This document shows positions 9,001 to 19,420 of a DNA stretch of 64,000 nt, one piece after another. Source of the stretch: an uncultured delta proteobacterium (GTDB lineage Bacteria; Desulfobacterota; Desulfobacteria; Desulfobacterales; B30-G6); contig CAWGLD010000001.1 in the NCBI GenBank assembly GCA_963823335.1, positions 1,408,001 through 1,472,000 of the forward strand, written 5' to 3'. Both the position numbers and the translations under genes were made by a program. The notes under the pieces were generated by a model. That model was not told the origin of the DNA. It made no database searches and worked only from the letters and a program-made list of their open reading frames with translations. Numbering within the stretch: position 1 is the stretch's first letter; each line of letters starts with the position of its first letter.

Positions 9001-9140
9001 TTTAGCATTTTTTCTAAGATCAGCCAATAGTGGCATTATATCTTAAAAATTGTTTTAGGGGATCGATAGGGCCGTAGGAAAGATAATATGCAAATGTTAG
9101 GGGAATATTGCCTATAATATCAATAAGAACAAGGAATCTT

Positions 9141-10985
9141 TTATTTCAAATGCTCTTCCGTATATAAGGTTAGCTCGATCATCCGCTCAAGAAGTTCATC
9201 CACCTGCATTCCCGGAAAATTGTGACGAACTAACTCTTTGCAAAATAGGCTGCTAATATAACGGAGCTTTCGTCGTTTCTGCTTTCCAGCATAGACAAAG
9301 TCCCTATGACCGTTATTTACAATAATAACGTTTTTGTCCACATCGAATCGTGAGCGCCACATTTCACCCGCTGCACGACGATAGGTATACCCTGGCAGTC
9401 CTTTATTTTTCTTTCCGGATTTTGATGATTGGTCCAAAAGTGAATCGGTGATGGTTATCAGGGCTTCATCGGTGCACGTGGTATCAGACTGATGAACTGT
9501 GACTTTTAACGTGGTCAGGCAGGGTTCCGCGGGGGCAACAAAGATGACCGATTCATTGCTGTTCTCAATAAGTTGGCCTTCTCCTTCCACTACCTCCCAT
9601 AGATATTTCAGATTTTCCAAAACGATCCTTCGAGACCGGTCTCTGCAAACGACCCTATATTTTTTGCGATTGTCAACCGAAACAACACTTGATTTTGGAG
9701 AAATCAGCGTACTGAACAGAGGACCGGCATATTCAAAAAATTGTTTTTTGGTGCTGTCATTGTCACCCGGTTCAAGTACATCTTCAGAATTTTTATTTCC
9801 ACGGTTGTTATCTTCTCGGGGGTCTCCAGATATTGGCCCACTGGTAAAAAGATTTCCCGGCATTTTTTGAGGCTTTCCCGCATGAATGTCAAACCAGTCG
9901 TATTCCTCTTGTGGCAACCGTAAAAACGCTTCTTTGAGAGCACGCTGTACCCTGCGTAAAATTCGGCGACTTGATCTCTCCTCTTCGGCTTTACGCTGGT
10001 CTTCGATAATCTGCTGCAGATGACTTTCGACGGATTCCATCGCACGGTAAAAAGCATCAAAACGGTCATCGCGTAATACTCCCTGACGTGTCCCCGGAGT
10101 GAGATTTAAAAACGGCGCATCCACAATGCCTTGCAGGTACCCAGCCGTCCAAGGCTCTTTTTGAATGTGTTCGAGTTCAGTAATTGACGGTAGTACCCGC
10201 GTACCGCGACGATACAACCCAATACGGTTTGAGGAGCCCGGATCGCTGAGGTAAAGCTCCAGATAGATATCACCGTACACCGTCTCGGCCGGCTTCAAAT
10301 TATGGAGCAGTCGTCCGCTAAATTGACGTGGGACAACGATAAGTTCCTTTCTACCTGTATGATCAACAATCTTTACCGTCACTTCAGTTGATTTTATGCG
10401 ATCACGAAGTTCGGATGCGAGATACCGCTGAATCTTTTCACCGGTCAAAGACCGCAATCCAGGAAGTAGCGGATAGATCGTCAGGTCTGTTCCCTTAGAG
10501 GGGAGCAATACCCGTTTTTTTGTGACGGTAAAATTAGGTGAGTCTTTAGCCATCATCATTTCGTAGGTTTTTCCATCAGCACCACAACTGGTCATTCTTA
10601 GGTTCTGGCCGACCGTCCAAAAACTTAGAAGACCTATGCCGAATTCTCCCTGAATTCCTGCCGCTCTTTCCGACTTGAACTGTCTCTTGATAGAATCACA
10701 AATATGGGTTGCCACACGCCGGAAATCGGGAAGCCCTTGTGCATTTCTTGGAATTCCCTCCCCATCGTCACTGACCTTGATATAGAATTCACCCTTTTTT
10801 TTCCCTCTTACAATGACGATCTGTTTTGCGCCTGCGTCAATGCTGTTTTCCACAAATTCGGCCACAGCTTTCAGAGGGTTGGCTTGAGATTTGGCGATGA
10901 TGCTGATGGCATTCCAATGATCGGCGATGCGCAACTTTCCAGTACGGATACCTTTTTTTATCTTTTTACGTACGGATTTTGACAT
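9141..10985 (-). CDS. MORC/HATPase_c_3-like GHKL ATPase with Ig-like C-terminal region
   Basis: GHKL motifs EFVENSIDA, DDGEG, GEFGIG, GT; start placed at ATG 10985 after GGAG (track start 10997). Confidence 0.8.
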   Translation of the reverse strand: MSKSVRKKIKKGIRTGKLRIADHWNAISIIAKSQANPLKAVAEFVENSIDAGAKQIVIVRGKKKGEFYIKVSDDGEGIPRNAQGLPDFRRVATHICDSIKRQFKSERAAGIQGEFGIGLLSFWTVGQNLRMTSCGADGKTYEMMMAKDSPNFTVTKKRVLLPSKGTDLTIYPLLPGLRSLTGEKIQRYLASELRDRIKSTEVTVKIVDHTGRKELIVVPRQFSGRLLHNLKPAETVYGDIYLELYLSDPGSSNRIGLYRRGTRVLPSITELEHIQKEPWTAGYLQGIVDAPFLNLTPGTRQGVLRDDRFDAFYRAMESVESHLQQIIEDQRKAEEERSSRRILRRVQRALKEAFLRLPQEEYDWFDIHAGKPQKMPGNLFTSGPISGDPREDNNRGNKNSEDVLEPGDNDSTKKQFFEYAGPLFSTLISPKSSVVSVDNRKKYRVVCRDRSRRIVLENLKYLWEVVEGEGQLIENSNESVIFVAPAEPCLTTLKVTVHQSDTTCTDEALITITDSLLDQSSKSGKKNKGLPGYTYRRAAGEMWRSRFDVDKNVIIVNNGHRDFVYAGKQKRRKLRYISSLFCKELVRHNFPGMQVDELLERMIELTLYTEEHLK

Positions 10986-11160
10986 TGTTGACTCCATTTA
11001 GCCAATGGTTCGGCTTAAGTTGAAGAAGAAAATCATCAACTGGACAACAAAGAATTCCATCAACCATCAGTTTCTCTGTTCCTCGATATAACAATATCGC
11101 ACTCGCTTCTGGGTAATCGAGCTGAAACGTTTTGAGTGATCTAAGGCTTTTAGCCAAGGC
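10966..11160 (-). pseudogene. C-terminal remnant of an AAA_14/DUF4143 ATPase
   Basis: LRSLKTFQLDYPEASAILLYRGTEKLMVDGILCCPVDDFL resembles the C-terminus of these proteins; N-terminal part absent. Confidence 0.6.
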
Positions 11161-11260
11161 GAAGTTCGAAACATTTGGTTGTATGTCATAATTTAGCCCG
11201 GCTTCGCATGAATGCTTCACCGTGGCAGTCTTCGGTCTTCACTACGTTTCGAACGAAGAC

Positions 11261-11337
11261 TGGTCGGGGCGGTAGGATTTGAACCTACGACTTCCTGCTC
11301 CCAAAGCAGGCGCGCTGCCAGGCTGCGCCACGCCCCG
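11261..11337 (-). tRNA. tRNA-Pro(TGG)
   Basis: CGGGGCG acceptor stem, anticodon arm CCTGC-TTTGGGA-GCAGG, GGTTCAAATCC T-loop, encoded CCA. Confidence 0.97.
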
Positions 11338-11419
11338 ACGTATTTGTCGAAACCGCTATTTGGTAGGTTGGGCGAAAATAGGGTTTGCTAATTAACACGC
11401 TTTTACCTGCTACGCAAGG

Positions 11420-12211
11420 CTATAAACGGCCTTCGTTTGAAAAAAAGTCGTCAATGGCGTCGCAGATGGCGTGGGCCATCGTCGACAGGCTCGTTTCGGC
11501 GCCAAGTGCCTTTGCATCCAGGGGGTTGGTGATGTAACCGATCTCGATCAGGACAGCAGGCATATCGGCCCCGGACAACACCATCAACGGTGCTCCGCTG
11601 GTGGTCAATTTGAGGTTTTTGTCTGTCCGGGTCAAGCGCTTTCGGATCAGTTCGGTGAGGTATCGGCTTTTTTTTACCAGTTCAGGCCGGTCCTGTTCCC
11701 AGGGTTTAATGGTACGTGACGGTTCCACTGGGATGGAAGCCCGTGGATCGAAAGCCGTAGCCTTGCCGGAGGGACCGCTGTAGTAAAAAAGGGACATTCC
11801 TCTTGGAAAGCTGCGAAGACTACCGCCGGTATGCAGACTGACAAAAAGGTCGGCCTTAAGATGATTGGCCAGGGCCGGTCTTTCGAACAGATCGATCTGG
11901 TAATCATCTTTTCGTGTGAGTACCACCTTATATGTCTTTTTCAGGCGTTCGGTCATCAGACCGGCCAATGCCATGGTGACCTGCTTTTCGGTCATGTTTT
12001 CATAGCCACGGGCTCCCATGTCGTTCCCGCCATGGCCTGGGTCCAGGACAATGATGCCGGCATGGCGGCCCTCTGAGGATGCTTTTTCAGCTTGAACAGG
12101 CGTCACGCTTAGCAGGACACCCAAAAACAGCGACGCAATGATCCGAGACAGGGATGGGTGCAATTGTTCAATGTTTTTGAAATATACTGACATAACAGGT
12201 ATTTTCGCCAA
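11420..12211 (-). CDS. N-acetylmuramoyl-L-alanine amidase (Amidase_3)
   Basis: LDPGHGG, EK, SLH and LIEIGY zinc/catalytic motifs; signal-like N-terminus; exact start uncertain. Confidence 0.9.
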   Translation of the reverse strand: MAKIPVMSVYFKNIEQLHPSLSRIIASLFLGVLLSVTPVQAEKASSEGRHAGIIVLDPGHGGNDMGARGYENMTEKQVTMALAGLMTERLKKTYKVVLTRKDDYQIDLFERPALANHLKADLFVSLHTGGSLRSFPRGMSLFYYSGPSGKATAFDPRASIPVEPSRTIKPWEQDRPELVKKSRYLTELIRKRLTRTDKNLKLTTSGAPLMVLSGADMPAVLIEIGYITNPLDAKALGAETSLSTMAHAICDAIDDFFSNEGRL

Positions 12212-12217
12212 TTTTTC

Positions 12218-12246
12218 TTGACACTCACAGGGTTTGATATTATTTT
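12218..12246 (+). promoter_or_regulatory. Candidate sigma70 promoter upstream of tRNA-Leu/tig
   Basis: TTGACA (12218-12223), 17-nt spacer, TATTTT. Confidence 0.45.
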
Positions 12247-12462
12247 GACCGGATGTGTGTCTGCTTCAAATGTAAGTGGTTCCCACTACTTATTGAAGCG
12301 GATATTCCACTCGCGGGGTAGCGCGTGGCGCTTTTGGAGCGATGCTATAACGAGTCATAAAAGCATCTAATGGTTTTATTTTGGCTGTTTTTGATGGGAA
12401 TGTCAAGATGCACCACATGGATGGAAATGATTGGTAATTAGATAGGTTTTCACCTTACGAAT

Positions 12463-12549
12463 GCGAGAGTGGCGGAATTGGTAGACGCACTGGACTTAGG
12501 ATCCAGCTCTGGCGACAGAGTGGGAGTTCAAGTCTCCCCTCTCGCACCA
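12463..12549 (+). tRNA. tRNA-Leu(TAG)
   Basis: GCGAGAG stem, CTGGA-CTTAGGA-TCCAG anticodon arm, long variable arm, CCA. Confidence 0.97.
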
Positions 12550-12683
12550 ACCAGCGATTAATTTTAAGTGCCTGGCGATTTATTGCCGTCAGGCACTTAG
12601 TATATTGAGTGCCTGACTCAACGTGGACCAAACGGAAAAGATGAAGATTTTTTTTAGGACTAAATTTATGCGAAAGGAATACC

Positions 12684-14021
12684 ATGAAAGTTAGCGTAGA
12701 AGATATCAGCAGTGTCAAGAAGGTGTTACACATTGAAATTCCACAGAACACAGTTGTTTCAGAGCTCGACAGCGCCTATCGGGACGTAAAAAAGAATGCC
12801 AAGATCAAAGGATTCCGTCAGGGTAAGGCTCCTCGGTCCGTGCTGGAGAGGCTCTATAAAAAGGATGTTCAAGCAGATGTCTCTTCCAAGCTGATTCAGA
12901 CCTCTTTTACGGAAGCGCTCAAGGAAACGGATCTGAAAATAATCAGCAGCCCGAAAATAGAACCTCCTGAACTGGATGCCACCAGTTCTTACGCGTACGA
13001 TGCCACCGTGGACGTCAAGCCTGAGTTGGAAGATCTTGACATCAAGGGTCTGGCGCTGAAGCGGACCAACTACAAGGTTGGAAAAGAAGAACTGGACACC
13101 CAGCTTGGCATGCTGCAGAAAAATATGGCCAAGAAGGTCAAGATCGAAGAGGATCGGCCGGTTCAAGCAAACGATTTTGTGGTCATCGATTACGAGGGAT
13201 TTAAAAATGGCAAGCCATATGACGAGACCAGCAAAACAGAAAACTTTACCTTGAAAATCGGCGATGCTCAGATCGCAAAGGAATTCGATGATGGTCTCAT
13301 AGGTAAAAAAGCCGGTGATACTGTCGACTTTGATGTAACGTTTGCGGAAGATTACCACAATGAGAAGCTAAAAAAGCTCACCATCCAGTTTCATGTGGCA
13401 CTGAAGGAGATCCGCAAGGAAGTCTTGCCGGAACTGGATGATGATTTCGCAAAAAGCCTGGGTCAATTTGAAACTTTAGAAAATTTGAAAAATGTGATAA
13501 AAGAGAACCTGACCCAGGGGTATGAAAAACGCATCGAACAGGAACTCAACGAGCAGATATTCAAGAATATTATCGAAAAAATCGATTTTGAGCTCCCTGA
13601 ATCCATGATCGAGTATGAGCTTGAAAACATCGTCGCCGATACGGAAAGAAGACTTGCCTATCAGAACAGCTCAATGGAAGACGTGGGGTTAAGCAGAGAG
13701 ATGCTTCAGGAGCAATATCGAGAAACTGCCGAACAGCAGGTACGTCGCCAGATTATACTGGGAAAGGTCATCGAGCAGGAAAAGCTTGAACTAAGTGATG
13801 AAGAACTAGCGGCAGGCTACACAGAGATGGCCCAAAACTTTAACCAGCCTGTGGATCAGATAAAGAGCTTCTACGATCAGAACAAAGACCGTCTGGACTT
13901 TTTTAAGCATGCCTTGCTTGAAAAAAAGGCAATTAAGCTTATTATTAATAATGGTGACATCGAAGAAGTGGAACCCGAAAAAATTGTGGCCACCGCAGAT
14001 AAAGATCCGGATCCGCAATAG
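12684..14021 (+). CDS. tig: Trigger factor
   Basis: GFRQGKAP ribosome-binding motif, FKBP domain, tig-clpP-clpX-lon synteny. Confidence 0.97.
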   Translation: MKVSVEDISSVKKVLHIEIPQNTVVSELDSAYRDVKKNAKIKGFRQGKAPRSVLERLYKKDVQADVSSKLIQTSFTEALKETDLKIISSPKIEPPELDATSSYAYDATVDVKPELEDLDIKGLALKRTNYKVGKEELDTQLGMLQKNMAKKVKIEEDRPVQANDFVVIDYEGFKNGKPYDETSKTENFTLKIGDAQIAKEFDDGLIGKKAGDTVDFDVTFAEDYHNEKLKKLTIQFHVALKEIRKEVLPELDDDFAKSLGQFETLENLKNVIKENLTQGYEKRIEQELNEQIFKNIIEKIDFELPESMIEYELENIVADTERRLAYQNSSMEDVGLSREMLQEQYRETAEQQVRRQIILGKVIEQEKLELSDEELAAGYTEMAQNFNQPVDQIKSFYDQNKDRLDFFKHALLEKKAIKLIINNGDIEEVEPEKIVATADKDPDPQ

Positions 14022-14086
14022 CGAGTGCCTTCCCCGTGCCTTGCCGCGGGATTAGCGAGCGAATCTGAATCAGACAGATTTCTTTA
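14021..14086. repeat. Interspersed palindromic repeat, copy 1
   Basis: Shares GCGAG.GC.TTCCCCGT...TGC.GCGGGATTAGCGAGCGAATCT.AAT..GACAGA with 41099-41188. Confidence 0.8.
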
Positions 14087-14209
14087 CGGTCGCTGCAAAG
14101 CATTGCCTCACGGCGGAACATTATTTGCAGCCTGTTGCGAGGTTCTTCAATTCAAAGAACCTGTCAGGGAATGACAGGCTCGCATTTCATAAGATTAAGG
14201 AGATATATT

Positions 14210-14827
14210 GTGCCAGTAATTCCAATGGTTATCGACCAAAGCAGCAGAGGTGAGAGAGCTTATGATATTTACTCCCGGCTGCTTAAAGACAGGATCGTGT
14301 TTCTCGGTACGGGGATGAATGATGAGGTGGCCAACCTCTTGATTGCTCAATTTCTGTTTCTGGAATCCGAAGATCCTGACAAGGATATCAATTTCTACAT
14401 TAATTCACCAGGTGGTATCGTGACGTCTGGTCTGGCTGTCTATGACACCATGCAGTATATCAAGCCTGATGTTACCACGGTCTGCATCGGGCAAGCCGCC
14501 AGCATGGGTGCTCTTTTGCTCACGGCTGGTGCCAAGGGAAAACGCTATTCACTTCCCAACTCGCGGATCATGATTCATCAGCCCATGGGAGGGTTTCAAG
14601 GACAGGCATCGGATATTGAAATTCAGGCCAAGGAGATCCTGCGCATGAAAGAGACCCTCAACGACATCCTGAAGCACCACACGGGGAAAAATTTGAAGCA
14701 GATTCAGAAGGATACAGATCGGGATTATTTTATGAGCGGATCCGAAGCAAAGGCGTACGGCATCATCGACCACGTGATCAGAAACCGGGATGATCTCGAC
14801 AAAATTGTAGAGGTGGAGGCCAAATAA
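14210..14827 (+). CDS. clpP: ATP-dependent Clp protease proteolytic subunit
   Basis: [31 protein letters not shown] start at 14210 after AAGGAG. Confidence 0.97.
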   Translation: MPVIPMVIDQSSRGERAYDIYSRLLKDRIVFLGTGMNDEVANLLIAQFLFLESEDPDKDINFYINSPGGIVTSGLAVYDTMQYIKPDVTTVCIGQAASMGALLLTAGAKGKRYSLPNSRIMIHQPMGGFQGQASDIEIQAKEILRMKETLNDILKHHTGKNLKQIQKDTDRDYFMSGSEAKAYGIIDHVIRNRDDLDKIVEVEAK

Positions 14828-16068
14828 TGGCAATCAAAGAAGAAGGTAACGACAACCTGTTCTGTTCTTTTTGCGGGAAGAATCAAAAAGAAGTCACCAA
14901 GCTGATAGCCGGCCCGGCTGTCTATATCTGTGATGAGTGTATCCAACTCTGCAGTGAGATTATCGAGGAGGAGACGAAAAAAGATATCAGCGGTGCGCAG
15001 AATCTCTTGGTGCCGAAAGAGATAAAGGCCATGTTGGATGAGTATGTTATCGAGCAGACTTCAGCCAAAAAGGTCCTTGCGGTAGCTGTTTACAATCATT
15101 ACAAACGCCTGGAGGCGCAGAGTAATGGTGATGTTGAGATCAGCAAGAGCAATATCCTGCTCATCGGCCCCACGGGATGCGGCAAAACCTTGCTTGCACA
15201 GACACTGGCAAGATTTTTAAAGGTGCCGTTCACGATTGCAGACGCCACCAGTCTGACAGAGGCCGGATATGTTGGCGAAGATGTTGAAAACATCATCCTG
15301 TCCCTGCTTCAAAATGCTGATTACGACGTGGAAAAGGCCAAACGGGGTATTGTCTATATCGATGAGATCGACAAGATTGCCAGCAAGTCCGACAATCCGT
15401 CCATCACGCGCGATGTTTCAGGCGAAGGTGTTCAGCAGGCGCTTTTAAAGATTATCGAGGGAACCACTGCGAGTGTTCCACCCAAAGGTGGCCGGAAGCA
15501 TCCCCAGCAGGATTTTGTCAAGGTAGATACCTCGAACATCCTTTTTATCTGCGGTGGCACGTTCACCGGACTCGAGCAGATAGTTCAACGGCGTCAGGGC
15601 AGTAAGTCTCTGGGTTTTGGGGCTAAAATCGTCAAAAAAGAAGATAAAAAGATCGGGGATATCCTGCGCATGGTCCAGCCCGAAGATCTTATTAAATTCG
15701 GTCTTATTCCCGAATTTCTGGGACGCTTGCCGGTGATTGCCACGTTGGACGAACTGAACGAGGACTCACTGATTCGCATATTGACGGAACCAAAGAATGC
15801 ACTGGTCAAACAGTTTCAGCACATGTTTGAGATAGAAGGTGTCAACCTGAGGTTTACAGACAGCGCGCTTTCTGCTGTTGCAACGGAAGCGTTGAAGAGA
15901 AAATCGGGTGCAAGAGGGTTGCGGGCGATCATGGAATCCAGCATGCTTGACATCATGTATACGCTGCCCTCCATCGAAAATGTCAAAGAATGTGTGATCG
16001 GGGAAGATGTCGTTCTGAACAATGAAGATCCCATTCTGCTGTACGAACAGACCAAAAAACAGGCCTAA
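14827..16068 (+). CDS. clpX: ATP-dependent Clp protease ATP-binding subunit
   Basis: C4 zinc finger [27 protein letters not shown] loop. Confidence 0.98.
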   Translation: MAIKEEGNDNLFCSFCGKNQKEVTKLIAGPAVYICDECIQLCSEIIEEETKKDISGAQNLLVPKEIKAMLDEYVIEQTSAKKVLAVAVYNHYKRLEAQSNGDVEISKSNILLIGPTGCGKTLLAQTLARFLKVPFTIADATSLTEAGYVGEDVENIILSLLQNADYDVEKAKRGIVYIDEIDKIASKSDNPSITRDVSGEGVQQALLKIIEGTTASVPPKGGRKHPQQDFVKVDTSNILFICGGTFTGLEQIVQRRQGSKSLGFGAKIVKKEDKKIGDILRMVQPEDLIKFGLIPEFLGRLPVIATLDELNEDSLIRILTEPKNALVKQFQHMFEIEGVNLRFTDSALSAVATEALKRKSGARGLRAIMESSMLDIMYTLPSIENVKECVIGEDVVLNNEDPILLYEQTKKQA

Positions 16069-16124
16069 CGTCATAAAATTGTGTAACAATTGTATGACCT
16101 AAATTAAGTCATAGAGAGAGAATC

Positions 16125-18560
16125 ATGGTTAACATGCCCAAAATTTTTAAAAGTGAAGAGAGTGTCTCAGACGGGCATCTGCTTCCATTGCTGCCCCTGA
16201 GGGATATCGTTATTTTTCCCTATATGGTGGCCCCCCTGTTTGTGGGTCGCGAAAAATCCGTCAGCGCCCTTGCCACGGCAATGGGCAGCGACAAGCGGGT
16301 CTTTCTTGCCACCCAAAAAAAAGCAAGTATCGACAGCCCCAGCGAAAAAGATATCGGTAAGATAGGTGTTATCGGCAATGTCATGCAGCTGCTTCGGCTT
16401 CCTGACGGTACGGTCAAGGCTCTGGTGGAGGGAAAACAGCGGGCACGTATCACGCGTTTTATAAAGAACGAAGAATTTTTCCAGGTCGAGGTCGAAGAAC
16501 TCAAAGAACCAGTTGAGTCCAGCACCGAAATCATGGCACTGGAAAGAGCACTACTCGAAAATTTTGAAGAGTATGCCAAGAACAACAAGAGTATTTCAAA
16601 GGAACTGACAAGCAGCATTTCCGCCATCTCGGATCCGTCACAGCTGGCGGATACGATCGCCGCCCACTTTTCTTTTAAAATCGAAGACAAGCAAAAGTTA
16701 TTGAATACCCTGTCCCTGGTGGAAAGACTTTCGCTCATGATGACGCTGACCAAAGTGGAGACAGAGGTCTTAAGAATGGATCAGCGTATCAAGGGCCGCG
16801 TCAAGACTCAGATGGAAAAGACCCAGAAAAACTATTATCTGAACGAGCAGATGCGTGCCATACGAAAAGAGATGGGAGCGGAAGAGGACCCCGGCAATGA
16901 GTTGAAGGATCTTGAGAAGCGGATCAAGAGAACACGAATGTCCAAGGAGGCCACGGGCAAGGTCTGGCAGGAATTTCGAAAACTCAAGATGATGACACCC
17001 ATGTCGGCTGAGGCCACGGTGGTTAGAAACTACATCGATTGGCTCATAAGCCTTCCATGGTTTAGCCGGAGCAGGGTAAACAACGATATTGATCGGGCGG
17101 AAGTCATTCTCAACGAGGATCATTACGGTCTGGGAAAACCCAAAGAACGCATTCTTGAATATCTGGCGGTTCAAAGCCTGATGAAAAAGATCCGCGGGCC
17201 CATCCTTTGCTTTGTGGGTCCGCCGGGTGTCGGCAAGACATCCCTGGCAAAATCGGTTGCAAGGGCAACCGGTCGAAAATTTGTGCGCCTTTCCCTGGGC
17301 GGGGTCCGTGACGAAGCTGAGATTCGAGGACATCGCCGGACCTATATCGGAGCCATGCCGGGGAAAATTATCCAGTCTCTCAAAAAAATTGGTGCCAATA
17401 ATCCGGTTTTCTGCCTGGATGAAGTCGATAAAATGAGTATGGATTTTAGAGGGGACCCCTCGTCTGCCCTGCTGGAGGTGTTGGATCCGGAGCAGAACTT
17501 CAGCTTCAATGATCACTATCTGGATGTCGATTATGATCTCACGGATATTCTTTTTATCACCACGGCCAACACGCTGCCGGATATCCCTCTGCCCCTGCAG
17601 GATCGGATGGAGATAATTCGACTGCCTGGTTATACAGAGTACGAAAAATACCATATCGGCAACGATTTTCTGGTAACGAAGCAGATAAAAATGAACGGTC
17701 TTGAAGGAAAGAAGGTTCAGTTTGCCAAAAACGCTTTGTCGACGATCATACAGCGCTACACACGTGAGGCCGGTGTTCGTAATCTGGAGCGTGAGATTGC
17801 CTCCATCTGCCGGAAGGTTGCCCGGGAGATCCTCAAAAAGAAAACAGACAAGCCCTATCGGATTACCGGTAAGACCGTGCAGAAACTGCTGGGACCGCCT
17901 CCCTTCAAACACAGCCAGATAGAAGAAAAAGATCAGGTCGGTCTTGTAAATGGCCTGGCGTGGACACAGGTCGGAGGCGAGCTGCTGGCAGTGGAGACGC
18001 TGATGATGCCGGGAAAAGGTAAGCAGATCATTACCGGCAAACTTGGGGATGTCATGAAGGAGTCTGCCCAGGCGGCCATCAGCTATGTCCGCTCACGGTC
18101 AAAACAGTTGATGATCGACCAGGAATTCTATAAAAATTTCGATATCCATATCCATATTCCGGAAGGTGCAATTCCCAAGGACGGACCCTCGGCTGGTATT
18201 ACCATGTGTACCGCCATCGTGTCGACCCTGACCAAACGACCGGTTTACAGGGATCTTGCCATGACCGGCGAGATCACCTTGCGCGGACGCGTACTTGCTA
18301 TCGGCGGCTTGAAAGAAAAGATACTGGCGGCTCACCGGGCGGGCATCAAGAAGATCCTGATTCCCATCGAGAATAAAAAGGATCTGAGGGATATCCCCAG
18401 GACCATATCCAAACAGCTCGAGATCGTCCCCGTGGAACACATGGATGAGGTTTTGACCCATGCGTTGATTCTAAAGGAAGGGGAAACCACTTTTCAGCGT
18501 AGCGACATGATGTTCGATCTGTCAGCGCAGGCACCTGAAGAGAGGGCCTCCTTGATTTGA
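16125..18560 (+). CDS. lon: Lon protease (LonA)
   Basis: LPLRD N-domain, [24 protein letters not shown]. Confidence 0.98.
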   Translation: MVNMPKIFKSEESVSDGHLLPLLPLRDIVIFPYMVAPLFVGREKSVSALATAMGSDKRVFLATQKKASIDSPSEKDIGKIGVIGNVMQLLRLPDGTVKALVEGKQRARITRFIKNEEFFQVEVEELKEPVESSTEIMALERALLENFEEYAKNNKSISKELTSSISAISDPSQLADTIAAHFSFKIEDKQKLLNTLSLVERLSLMMTLTKVETEVLRMDQRIKGRVKTQMEKTQKNYYLNEQMRAIRKEMGAEEDPGNELKDLEKRIKRTRMSKEATGKVWQEFRKLKMMTPMSAEATVVRNYIDWLISLPWFSRSRVNNDIDRAEVILNEDHYGLGKPKERILEYLAVQSLMKKIRGPILCFVGPPGVGKTSLAKSVARATGRKFVRLSLGGVRDEAEIRGHRRTYIGAMPGKIIQSLKKIGANNPVFCLDEVDKMSMDFRGDPSSALLEVLDPEQNFSFNDHYLDVDYDLTDILFITTANTLPDIPLPLQDRMEIIRLPGYTEYEKYHIGNDFLVTKQIKMNGLEGKKVQFAKNALSTIIQRYTREAGVRNLEREIASICRKVAREILKKKTDKPYRITGKTVQKLLGPPPFKHSQIEEKDQVGLVNGLAWTQVGGELLAVETLMMPGKGKQIITGKLGDVMKESAQAAISYVRSRSKQLMIDQEFYKNFDIHIHIPEGAIPKDGPSAGITMCTAIVSTLTKRPVYRDLAMTGEITLRGRVLAIGGLKEKILAAHRAGIKKILIPIENKKDLRDIPRTISKQLEIVPVEHMDEVLTHALILKEGETTFQRSDMMFDLSAQAPEERASLI

Positions 18561-18700
18561 ACCGAGAGGTTCAATAGTTTAAAATATTAAGTGATACTGT
18601 CAGTTTTTATTAAAAACCCTGTTACGATTTTATTTGACTTTTATTATTTTTGCTGGTAGCAGTACGGTTCTTTAAAGAGCTAACCAGGGTAAAAAACTGT

Positions 18701-18776
18701 GGGCGGGTAGCTCAGTTGGGAGAGCATCGGCCTTACAAGCCGAGGGTCACAGGTTCAAGCCCTGTTCCGCCTACCA
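18701..18776 (+). tRNA. tRNA-Val(TAC)
   Basis: TCGGC-CTTACAA-GCCGA anticodon arm, GGTTCAAG T-loop, CCA. Confidence 0.96.
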
Positions 18777-18874
18777 AGAATGGCTTTTGGCCATTCACAG
18801 GTAGCTGGTGGCTCGTAGCCGGTAGCAGCTACAGGCTAACTGCTATTAGCTAAAAGTAAAAACGAAGTTTTTCC

Positions 18875-18952
18875 GGGGGTGTAGTTCAGTTTGGTTAGAA
18901 CGCCGGCCTGTCACGCCGGAGGTCGCGAGTTCGAGTCTCGTCGCTCCCGCCA
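18875..18952 (+). tRNA. tRNA-Asp(GTC)
   Basis: CCGGC-CTGTCAC-GCCGG anticodon arm, GTTCGAG T-loop, GCCA end. Confidence 0.96.
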
Positions 18953-19000
18953 TAATAAAAACAGGCACTTAGATATAATTCTGAGTGCCTGTTTTATTAT
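18952..19000. terminator. Long inverted repeat, probable bidirectional terminator after tRNA-Asp
   Basis: ATAATAAAAACAGGCACTTAG...CTGAGTGCCTGTTTTATTAT. Confidence 0.7.
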
Positions 19001-19026
19001 CCACTGAGTGAAAAACTGAGTTAAAT

Positions 19027-19420
19027 TTATAAAAAGTTTTTAAGATTGCTCTCCTCTAATAGCTTCAGAACTTCCTGCGTACTGGTATAATTCCCTTCAA
19101 CATATATTTCAGTTGTAGTTTGTCTTCTATGTCTCAAGACCTGTTGAACTTTCTTAATGGGGATCTTTTGCAGGTCATTTAAATATTTTGCAACGGTATG
19201 TCTAATGTCGTGATATCCAATTGGTTCAACGTCGGCGGTTCGGCACAGCGTCTTTAGAGTTTTTCTGCGTTCAACATACCGCATACCATAATATTTACTT
19301 TTCGGGTTCATGTGGCAAAAAACATAAGGGCTCGATGGATGCCGATTTTTCCATTGCCACATAAGCAGCTTATATAAATCATCGTTCATCCATAAATTTT
19401 CGTAGACCATTTGTGGGTAC
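19027..19420 (-). pseudogene. C-terminal fragment of a tyrosine recombinase/integrase
   Basis: HDIRH and LRHRRQTTTEIY catalytic motifs; N-terminal half missing; points toward the tRNA-Asp 3' end. Confidence 0.85.

Noticed and set aside
12455-12751. Short ORFs overlapping tRNA genes (also 18650-18853)
   Set aside because: Artefacts of translating tRNA sequence
16770-17912. Long antisense ORFs (also 44494-45432, 46071-46943, 50264-51136, 59944-60969)
   Set aside because: Opposite-strand shadows of well-supported genes; no motifs
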